From an uncultured archaeon (lineage in GTDB: Archaea > Altiarchaeota > Altiarchaeia > JAFGQM01): 30,496 nucleotides of DNA. The notes beneath the pieces are model-generated. The model saw only the letters and a list, made by a program, of their open reading frames with translations, was not told the DNA's origin and searched no databases. Position numbers and translations under genes: made by a program. Below, piece by piece: positions 23,551-30,496 of the stretch (its first letter is position 1; each line of letters starts with the position of its first letter). The stretch lies in contig CAZTIX010000001.1 of NCBI GenBank assembly GCA_964613935.1, positions 1 to 30,496 of the forward strand. The letters run 5' to 3'.

Positions 23551-24783
23551 ATGGAGGCAAGCGAGGAGTATCTTAGGCTGGTAATCGTAGGGCACGTGGA
23601 CCACGGGAAGTCGACGCTGATAGGCCGGCTTCTCTACGATACCGGCTCGCTTCCAGAGGGCAAGATAGAGGAGATAAAGAGCATCTGCAACGCCCTGGGC
23701 AAGGAGCTGGAGTTCGGCTATGTCATGGACAACCTAGAGGAGGAAAGAGACCAGAGCGTGACCATCGACACCGCCCAGATATTCTTCAAGACTGACAAGC
23801 GCCACTATGTGATAATCGACGCCCCCGGCCACGTGGAGTTTGTCAAGAACATGGTGACGGGCGCGTCCCAGGCCGAGGCGGCCGTCCTCATAGTTGACGC
23901 CGAGGAGGGGGTTCAGGAGCAGACCCGGCGCCATGCCTACATCCTCGGCATGCTCGGCCTGAAGCAGGTCGCGGTCGTGGTTAACAAGATGGACCTGGTC
24001 GGCTACTCCGAGGAGCGGTTCGACGAGGTTTCAAAGGACCTCAGGCAATTTCTGGGGAAAATAGGCATAGACCCCACCTACGTAATCCCCATATCCGCTC
24101 GCGAGGGCGATTTCGTGGCGGGGAAGACCGGCAGCATGCCCTGGCACGACGGCCCCACTGTCTTGGAGGCGCTCGATTCCTTCAAGCCTCGCGAGCCCCG
24201 CATGAGCAAGCCGCTGAGGTTCTCGGCGCAGGACGTCTACAAGCGGGACAAGCGGATAATCGTGGGCCGCGTGGAGAGCGGGACGCTCCGAAAGGGGGAG
24301 GAAGTCCTGGTGCTTCCTTCCGGAGAGAAGACCTCCGTCAGGAGCATCGAGGAGTGGCTCAAGGACGACGTCAGGGAGGCGGTGGCCGGCAAGGCCACGG
24401 GCCTCACTACCGAGGACAAGCTCTTCATAGACCGGGGCGACGTGCTGTGCGACCCCAAGAAACCGCCCACAGTGACCGACCGGTTTGAGGCGCAGCTTTT
24501 CTGGATGGACAAGGCCCCTCTGAAGAAGGGGGAGAGGATAATACTGAAATGCTCCACCCAGAAGGCCGTGTGCGAGGTCGAGGAGTTCAAGAGAGTGCTG
24601 GACTCCTCCACCCTGCGGGAGCTGGAGGGCAAAGAAGAGCTGGGCAACCGGGAGGTGGCCGATGCGGTGATAAAGACCGACAAGCCCATAGTCATCGAGG
24701 ATTTCAACAAGACGGAGGAGCTGGGCCGGTTCGTCCTGGAGCGGCTCAACACCTGCGCGGGGGGGATAATAACCGGAGCATGA
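23551..24783 (+). CDS. cysN: Sulfate adenylyltransferase subunit 1 (EF-Tu-like GTPase) without a fused APS-kinase domain, 410 aa
   Basis: GHVDHGKSTLIGRLLYDT, EERDQSVTID, DAPGH, MVTGASQA, QTRRH, NKMD, PISA and a terminal GRFVL...AGGII. It directly follows cysD. Confidence 0.95.
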   Translation: MEASEEYLRLVIVGHVDHGKSTLIGRLLYDTGSLPEGKIEEIKSICNALGKELEFGYVMDNLEEERDQSVTIDTAQIFFKTDKRHYVIIDAPGHVEFVKNMVTGASQAEAAVLIVDAEEGVQEQTRRHAYILGMLGLKQVAVVVNKMDLVGYSEERFDEVSKDLRQFLGKIGIDPTYVIPISAREGDFVAGKTGSMPWHDGPTVLEALDSFKPREPRMSKPLRFSAQDVYKRDKRIIVGRVESGTLRKGEEVLVLPSGEKTSVRSIEEWLKDDVREAVAGKATGLTTEDKLFIDRGDVLCDPKKPPTVTDRFEAQLFWMDKAPLKKGERIILKCSTQKAVCEVEEFKRVLDSSTLRELEGKEELGNREVADAVIKTDKPIVIEDFNKTEELGRFVLERLNTCAGGIITGA

Positions 24784-24811
24784 CGCCGGAGACAAGCGGG
24801 GTTGGTTCAAA

Positions 24812-25534
24812 ATGATCGCCGTCTACGCCATAGACGCCCTGGAGTTCAACAGGGTCGAGAAGTACGACACCAAGAATCTCAAGCAGGAGCACTACGGCAA
24901 GACCGACATAAGCGAGTTCTCCCAACCGCGCACCATGGTCCTTTGGAGCTCCTTCATGACCGGGGAGAACAAGGAGAAGGAGATTCTGGCCAAGGGCGAC
25001 AAGGAGATGTGGAACACCCGGATACCCCTTGAGAAGACCTTCTTCTCGCAGTTCGACAGCCCGAAAATCCTGGACCTGCCCGGCTACAACTACGACCTGG
25101 GGGTCCACGAGAAGTCCAGGAAACTGCTCAAGTCGTTCTTCGATGCGAAGAGCGACGCGGAGAAGGAGCGCATAAGAAAGGAGTACAACAAGGACGCCTT
25201 CGAGCACCACAAAACGGTCAGGAAGCGCTTCCTCGGGGCGCTCGGAGAGGACCGCGATTTCGTCCTGGGCTATTTCAGCGTTGCCGACGTGGTGGGACAC
25301 CTCAACTTCGGCAACGACCTGATGATGAAGATGATATACCGGGAGCTGGACGAGCTGGCGGCGAAGGTCAGGGAAACGGCCGACCGCGTCTTGGTTCTGT
25401 CGGACCACGGTATGAAGGCCATCGGCAGATTCGGCGACCATTCCGGATACGGCTTCTGGAGCACGAACTGGGATGCGGGGCTGGACAGCCCCAGAATTAC
25501 CGACATGAAGGACTCGATACTCGCATTGAAATAG
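24812..25534 (+). CDS. Minimal AP-superfamily protein (core fold only), 240 aa
   Basis: AIDALE, QPRTMVLWSSFMTG (predicted nucleophile Thr41), ADVVGH, LSDHG and GDHS. Confidence 0.8.
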   Translation: MIAVYAIDALEFNRVEKYDTKNLKQEHYGKTDISEFSQPRTMVLWSSFMTGENKEKEILAKGDKEMWNTRIPLEKTFFSQFDSPKILDLPGYNYDLGVHEKSRKLLKSFFDAKSDAEKERIRKEYNKDAFEHHKTVRKRFLGALGEDRDFVLGYFSVADVVGHLNFGNDLMMKMIYRELDELAAKVRETADRVLVLSDHGMKAIGRFGDHSGYGFWSTNWDAGLDSPRITDMKDSILALK

Positions 25535-25536
25535 CC

Positions 25537-26232
25537 ATGAGTCTTGAGAGAGTTAAGAGCGCCTACCGGGAGACCTATGAATCCAGAGGCCTGGACGACA
25601 TCGAGAAGAGAATAGATTCTCGCATAAAGCGCAAAAGGAGCAGACGCGCACTTTTCATCTTGCGGGAGCGCCTGGAGAATCTGGAGGAAAAAAAGGTCCT
25701 CGCGGTGGGCTGCGGAAAGGGAGAGCTCATAGTGACTTTCGGTCTCGAGGACATAGACATTTGCGGCGTCACGCCAGACCGGGGCGAGATAGAGGTGGCC
25801 GAATCCTGGCAGAGCCACTATGGACTGGAGAACAGGGCGGTTGAGGGGCGCGGAGAAGACCTCCCCTTTCCCGACGAATCCTTCGACTTGGTGATAGCCC
25901 ATGACGTCCTCGAGCACGTCCAGGACATGGAGAAGACGGTCAGCGAGATGGCCAGGGTGGCTAAAAGGGGCGGACACCTCTACATCCGGGCTCCCAACTA
26001 CCGGAAGCCCAGGGAGGGCCATTACGATCTGTTCTGGATTCCATTCATGCCGAAAGCGCTCGGCCGGCTCTACCTGCGTCTTTTGGGCAGGCCTACCTGT
26101 TTCCTGAACACAATCCACTACACCTCTCCCGGGAAAGTCCGGAAGAGCCTGGAAAAGCACGATTTAACAGTCTTTCCTCTAAATAAAGCGGGGTTTTTCT
26201 CACCCATCGAGCTGCTAGCCAGGAAGGACTGA
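25537..26232 (+). CDS. Class I SAM-dependent methyltransferase, 231 aa
   Basis: VLAVGCGKG, GEDLPFPDESFDLV, DVLEHV, RVAKRGG and PN...EGHY. Confidence 0.88.
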   Translation: MSLERVKSAYRETYESRGLDDIEKRIDSRIKRKRSRRALFILRERLENLEEKKVLAVGCGKGELIVTFGLEDIDICGVTPDRGEIEVAESWQSHYGLENRAVEGRGEDLPFPDESFDLVIAHDVLEHVQDMEKTVSEMARVAKRGGHLYIRAPNYRKPREGHYDLFWIPFMPKALGRLYLRLLGRPTCFLNTIHYTSPGKVRKSLEKHDLTVFPLNKAGFFSPIELLARKD

Positions 26233-26234
26233 AA

Positions 26235-27368
26235 ATGAAGCTGCTGTATGCCGCATATTCCCGCCTCCCTAGCAGGCGGGCGAATTCCATCCAGGTTGCC
26301 AGCACCTGCGACGCCCTCGCTCAGGCGGGCCATGACGTCACGCTCCTGCTGCCCAACCGGGGAAGCAACAGGAAATCGACGAGCAAAGGCATACGCAAGT
26401 ACTACAGACTGCGGGAACGCTTCGAGATAAAGCGGCTTCCCGTCCTAGACGTCCGCTTCCTGCACGATGCCGGCCTGCTGAAGCCCTGGTTTCTCATAGC
26501 CCACCTATCATTCACCCTCTCCTTTCTCAATTTCATTCGCGGGAGAGCGAGCCGCTATGACGCCGTCTACACGCGCCACGCCCCGACCGCCCTCATGTAC
26601 GGGAAGCTCAGGCGACTCTTTCCGCTCCTCCCAATCATCTTCGAGGCCCACAGATATGGTACCCTCAATGCCCTGGCGGCCGAGTGGGTGGACGGCGTTG
26701 TGGCGACCACCGGCAACGCGGCCTCGCTCTTCGCCTCCAAGTGCGGATGTCCGGTCGAGACCGTGCCTAACGGCATCCGCCTGGAGGATTTCGACATCGA
26801 CGAGTCCAAGGCATCCGCCAGAAAGAAGCTTGGGCTTTCTAAAAAGGCGGGCATAGCCCTCTACACCGGCAAACCCTACGGCTGGAAGGGCGTGGAAGTC
26901 CTGGAGGAAGCGGCCAAGCGCCTCCCCTCCGGCTCTATGGTCCTCTTCGTCGGGCCCGAGAAGAAGGGAGGGAAGTCCGGGCCCGGTAAGAAGCGCTATG
27001 CCGGCTACGTCCCCCACAAGGACATACCTCTCTACCTGAAGGCCGCCGACGTCCTGGTGCTCCCCAACGCCCCGCAAGGCGAATCAAGGCTCTTCACCTC
27101 TCCTCTCAAGATGTTCGAGTACATGGCCTCCAAGCGCCCCATCGTCGCATCCGATCTCAAGTCCATACGGGAGATTCTCTCGGAAGACGAGTGCTTCTTC
27201 GCCAAGGCCGGAGACCCGGACTCGCTGGCAAGCGCCATGACCAAGGCCCTCCATAGCCCCAAAGAGGCCGGCAGGAGGGCCGAAAAGGCTTATCTAAAGG
27301 CGCGCGATAACTATACTTGGAGCAAAAGAGCCGAGAAGATAGGCGAATTCATCGGAGGCGCAATCTGA
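26235..27368 (+). CDS. GT4 glycosyltransferase, 377 aa
   Basis: ANSIQV, FEAH, PNGI, YTG...WKG, GYVPH, ADVLVLP and TSPLKMFEYMAS. Confidence 0.92.
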   Translation: MKLLYAAYSRLPSRRANSIQVASTCDALAQAGHDVTLLLPNRGSNRKSTSKGIRKYYRLRERFEIKRLPVLDVRFLHDAGLLKPWFLIAHLSFTLSFLNFIRGRASRYDAVYTRHAPTALMYGKLRRLFPLLPIIFEAHRYGTLNALAAEWVDGVVATTGNAASLFASKCGCPVETVPNGIRLEDFDIDESKASARKKLGLSKKAGIALYTGKPYGWKGVEVLEEAAKRLPSGSMVLFVGPEKKGGKSGPGKKRYAGYVPHKDIPLYLKAADVLVLPNAPQGESRLFTSPLKMFEYMASKRPIVASDLKSIREILSEDECFFAKAGDPDSLASAMTKALHSPKEAGRRAEKAYLKARDNYTWSKRAEKIGEFIGGAI

Positions 27369-27369
27369 C

Positions 27370-28743
27370 ATGGCGACTTTCCTGAGGAGGGCATCATCCG
27401 GGCTGGCTTACGTGTCGGGAGGCAATCTCCTGGGGGCAGTCATCTCGTTTCTGGTGACCGTAACGCTCGCTCAGGCCTTGGGAGTGAAGGACTACGGCCT
27501 GATGCTGCTGGCCCTGTCCATCCCCTCGGCCATGGTGGTTTTCACCGAGTGGGGCCTGAGTAGCCTGCTCTCTGCGGATATAGCCGCCTACCGGCCGAAA
27601 GGCGAGCTGTCCAAAATAAAGAAACTCCTCAAGCAGACCCTCTTCATCAAGGTGGCAATCTCCCTTTCGCTGATGGCTCTGCTCTTCCTGATAAGCGACA
27701 GCGTAATCCCTCAGTTCTACAGCGCGCGCGTTTCCAGCCTGGTGAAGATAGTGGCCCTGATGCTGCCCCTCAACGTGCTCGAGGAGCAGCTGAGGGTGAT
27801 ATTCATAGGGTTTTCCAAGTTCAATGGCATAGCTTGGATGCGTATCTTCCAGCCCATCTTCCGGCTCTCCCTGCTAATTTTGTTCCTCCAAATGGCCACA
27901 CTCGACCTCATCACCGCAACACTCCTCTACCCACTTTCCCTTCTATTGTCCTCCCTATTGGTAATTCCGCTCCTGATAGGCGTTTTTCGAAAGCTGCGGA
28001 GCGTCGCATCCTCGAAGGAAAACGTGCTTAAGGAGACCATAAAGGAGCACGGGAAATATGCGATTATGATAGTCCCCGTCAAGAAGGGCATAGACAACCT
28101 GCCCCTATGGCTAGCCGGCTTCTTACTGGGTGCCCCCGCCGCGGCTTTGTTCGGCCTGGCCAACAAGTTCTACGGATTCATATCCCTGGCGGTGAAATCC
28201 ATCGAGCAAGTCTTCCTGCCTCTGATGGCCGAGCAGACTGTGAAGGGCATACAGCGCCTGGTCCTCCTCTTTAAGAAGGGACTCAAGTTCGGCTTTTTGC
28301 TCTCCCTGGTCGCGGTGGCGGCGTCCATCCCGCTTCTACCCGTTGTGATAGAAGGCCTCTCCCTCGACAAGTACGTGGCCGCAATACCCATAGCCCAAGT
28401 CCTAATGCTGAACATGATAAGGTGGTTCTCTTTCATGACGGTCAGGCCTATACTCGTGTCGACAAAGAACCAGAAATACCTGTTCCTGTTTTATCTCTCG
28501 AAGCTTGCGATACTTTCCTCTTTTGGCTATGTCTTCCTAATGCTCATGGGCCACCCGATAGGGCTTGCCTGGGCCACCATCCTTACAGGAATACTCCTGA
28601 CCGTAATACATTATTGGATACTTTTGAAAATAGACAAAGCATTCGCCGTGAACATTCGCCGCGACCTTCTGACGATAGACGAAAAGGACAAGAGCATATA
28701 CCGGCGGTCCATGAAGCAAATCAGGGCGCGGCTAGGATTCTAG
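27370..28743 (+). CDS. Wzx/AglR-like oligosaccharide flippase (polysaccharide biosynthesis family), 457 aa
   Basis: About 12 hydrophobic segments, [11 protein letters not shown] near the N-terminus, and a mid-protein D...L...L...ALFGLA pattern typical of Wzx/MOP exporters. Confidence 0.85.
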   Translation: MATFLRRASSGLAYVSGGNLLGAVISFLVTVTLAQALGVKDYGLMLLALSIPSAMVVFTEWGLSSLLSADIAAYRPKGELSKIKKLLKQTLFIKVAISLSLMALLFLISDSVIPQFYSARVSSLVKIVALMLPLNVLEEQLRVIFIGFSKFNGIAWMRIFQPIFRLSLLILFLQMATLDLITATLLYPLSLLLSSLLVIPLLIGVFRKLRSVASSKENVLKETIKEHGKYAIMIVPVKKGIDNLPLWLAGFLLGAPAAALFGLANKFYGFISLAVKSIEQVFLPLMAEQTVKGIQRLVLLFKKGLKFGFLLSLVAVAASIPLLPVVIEGLSLDKYVAAIPIAQVLMLNMIRWFSFMTVRPILVSTKNQKYLFLFYLSKLAILSSFGYVFLMLMGHPIGLAWATILTGILLTVIHYWILLKIDKAFAVNIRRDLLTIDEKDKSIYRRSMKQIRARLGF

Positions 28744-29667
28744 CTGCTCTTTGATCCAGTCGGCCGTTTTCCTGAGTCCGTCTTCCAAACCCACCTTCGG
28801 CTCCCATCCTAGCGCCTTCTTTGCCTTGGATATGTCCGGCTGCCTGGTCTTGGGGTCGTCGGTCGGGAGCGGCTTGCGGACAATACCGCTCCCGGAGCCG
28901 GTGACATCCAGAACAAGCTCTGCGAACTCCGCTATGGCCAGCTCATGCGGGTTGCCCAGGTTGACCGGGCCGTTCTCGTCCGAGAGCAGGAGACGATATA
29001 AACCTTCCACCATGTCGGATATGTAGCAGAAGCTCCGGGTCTGGCTACCCTCTCCGTAGACCGTCAGCGGTTCTCCGGTGAGGGCCTGCTTCAGGAAGTT
29101 GGGCACCACCCTCCCGTCGTCCATCCTCATCCCCGGGCCGTATGTGTTGAAGATGCGCGCTATCCTGGTGTCGATTCCGTGGACCCTGCGATAAGCCATG
29201 ACGAGGGCCTCGGCAAACCTCTTGGCCTCGTCGTAAACCCCCCTCGGACCTATCGGGTTGACGTTTCCCCAGTAGCTCTCCGGCTGCGGGCTCACCTGGG
29301 GGTCGCCGTAGACCTCGGACGTGGACGCCAGCAGGAATCTGGCTTTCTTGGCCTTCGCCAGCCCCAGGGCGTTGTGCGTCCCAAGGCTCCCCACCTTGAG
29401 GGTCTGTATCGGCATCTCCAGATAATCCACCGGACTGGCCGGGGAAGCGAAATGCAGGACCGCGTCCAGCCCTCCCCCAACCTCTATGAACTCGGTGACG
29501 TCGTGGTCGACGAACTCGAAGTCCGGGTTGTCCTGGAGTCGCTTGATGTTTTTGGAGGTCCCTGTGGAGAGGTTGTCCATGCAGATTACGCCGTGCCCCT
29601 CCCGAAGCAGCCGCTCGCAAAGGTGGCTCCCAAGGAAACCGGCCCCCCCGGTTATTAAAATTCTCAT
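28732..29667 (-). CDS. uxs: UDP-glucuronate decarboxylase (UDP-xylose synthase), 311 aa
   Basis: [63 protein letters not shown] and [10 protein letters not shown] are diagnostic UXS motifs. Confidence 0.93.
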   Translation of the reverse strand: MRILITGGAGFLGSHLCERLLREGHGVICMDNLSTGTSKNIKRLQDNPDFEFVDHDVTEFIEVGGGLDAVLHFASPASPVDYLEMPIQTLKVGSLGTHNALGLAKAKKARFLLASTSEVYGDPQVSPQPESYWGNVNPIGPRGVYDEAKRFAEALVMAYRRVHGIDTRIARIFNTYGPGMRMDDGRVVPNFLKQALTGEPLTVYGEGSQTRSFCYISDMVEGLYRLLLSDENGPVNLGNPHELAIAEFAELVLDVTGSGSGIVRKPLPTDDPKTRQPDISKAKKALGWEPKVGLEDGLRKTADWIKEQLES

Positions 29668-30496
29668 CTTAAGTTTTCCAGAGTTTTCAGGTATTCCCTC
29701 AATTCTTCTGAAAGGTCCTCCCTCTCGAGCGCGAAGTCCACCGTCGCTCTCAGGTAATCCGGCTTGTCGCCGATGTCGTATCTGTCTCCCTCGAACTCCA
29801 TGGCGTAGACCTTCTCCTCTATCAGCAGCTTCTCGAGACCGTCGGTCAGCTGTATCTCGCCGCCCTTGCCCGGCTCGGTGGCCTCGAGAGCCTCGAATAT
29901 CCCCGGGGTGAGTATGTATCTCCCTATTATGCCCAAGTCCGAAGGCGCATCGCCGGGCTCGGGCTTCTCCACAAGCTTCTCAATCTCCAGAACTCCGTCG
30001 CCCGCTTTTTTGCCTCCCACTATGCCGTACTTGCCCAACTCTTTCCCGGCGACCTTTTCCACGGCCAGCACGCTGGCCCGCCGCCTTTCAAACAGCTCCG
30101 CCAGCTGCTTGGTGCACGGGACTTTGTTGCGCACGATTGTGTCGCCCAGCAGCACGGCGAAGGGTTCTTCCCCGATGTGCTTACTGGCGCAGAGTATGGC
30201 GTGCCCCAACCCGAGGGGCTCCTTCTGCCGGACGTAGTGCACGTCCCCCAAATCAGAGATTTTGCGCACCTCTCTCAGAAGTTCTTTCTTCCCCGAGCGC
30301 TCCAGATGCTTCTCCAACTCGACGTTATAGTCAAAGTAGTCCTCTATGGCCCGCTTTCCCCGGCCAGTTATTATCAGGATGTCGTCTATGCCCGACTCCA
30401 CGGCCTCCTCCACCACGTAGTGGATGGCCGGTTTGTCCACTATGGGCAGCATCTCCTTCGGCTGGGACTTGGTGGCCGGCAAGAATCTCGTCCCCA
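29664..30496 (-). CDS. galU: UTP--glucose-1-phosphate uridylyltransferase, partial (start lies beyond the window end)
   Basis: The frame stays open to the window edge as [17 protein letters not shown], so the track's TTG start is really Leu. Further motifs: [33 protein letters not shown] and YDIG. Confidence 0.96.
   Translation of the reverse strand, partial: GTRFLPATKSQPKEMLPIVDKPAIHYVVEEAVESGIDDILIITGRGKRAIEDYFDYNVELEKHLERSGKKELLREVRKISDLGDVHYVRQKEPLGLGHAILCASKHIGEEPFAVLLGDTIVRNKVPCTKQLAELFERRRASVLAVEKVAGKELGKYGIVGGKKAGDGVLEIEKLVEKPEPGDAPSDLGIIGRYILTPGIFEALEATEPGKGGEIQLTDGLEKLLIEEKVYAMEFEGDRYDIGDKPDYLRATVDFALEREDLSEELREYLKTLENLR

Noticed and set aside
23551-24783. EF-1alpha/EF-Tu, SelB or HBS1 assignment for the GTPase
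   Set aside because: The adjacent cysD, together with the GRLLYDT, QTRRH and MVTGASQA motifs, identifies it as CysN.
1-30496. CRISPR array, IS element, integrase or prophage
   Set aside because: I saw no regularly spaced repeats, terminal inverted repeats, transposase or recombinase motifs, or phage genes.

Overview
This GC-rich archaeal window has no RNA genes, CRISPR arrays or transposases that I can see. It is almost entirely one protein N-glycosylation and surface-glycan locus of 27 CDS, bounded on the left by a partial ABCE1/RLI gene and on the right by a partial galU. The core pathway comprises an unusually large AglB/STT3 oligosaccharyltransferase (1181 aa), a GlcNAc-1-P transferase (AglH/DPAGT1-like), six GT4 glycosyltransferases, a Wzx-type flippase, two SDR epimerases, a UDP-HexNAc dehydrogenase, UDP-xylose synthase and GalU. 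A glycan-tailoring block is embedded in it: ATP sulfurylase CysD/CysN with no APS kinase in the window, four signal-less alkaline-phosphatase-superfamily enzymes with Thr rather than formylglycine nucleophiles, a CE4 deacetylase, a SAM methyltransferase, a low-GC FrhB-like/pyruvyltransferase fusion, and two tiny ribbon-helix-helix proteins. Both small proteins end in ERLxxLGY(M/L)D, a tail shared with CysD and absent from the four AP-family enzymes. The strongest candidates for undescribed biology are (1) an APS-fed glycan-sulfation system in which stand-alone LxxLGY proteins act in trans as carriers or adaptors, and (2) an AglB carrying extra TM helices, a Cys-rich insert and a CxxC thioredoxin-like appendage, reminiscent of eukaryotic STT3 plus OST3/6. 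All family assignments come from motif recognition by eye, and no database searches were run. A DPANN-type lineage is only a guess.
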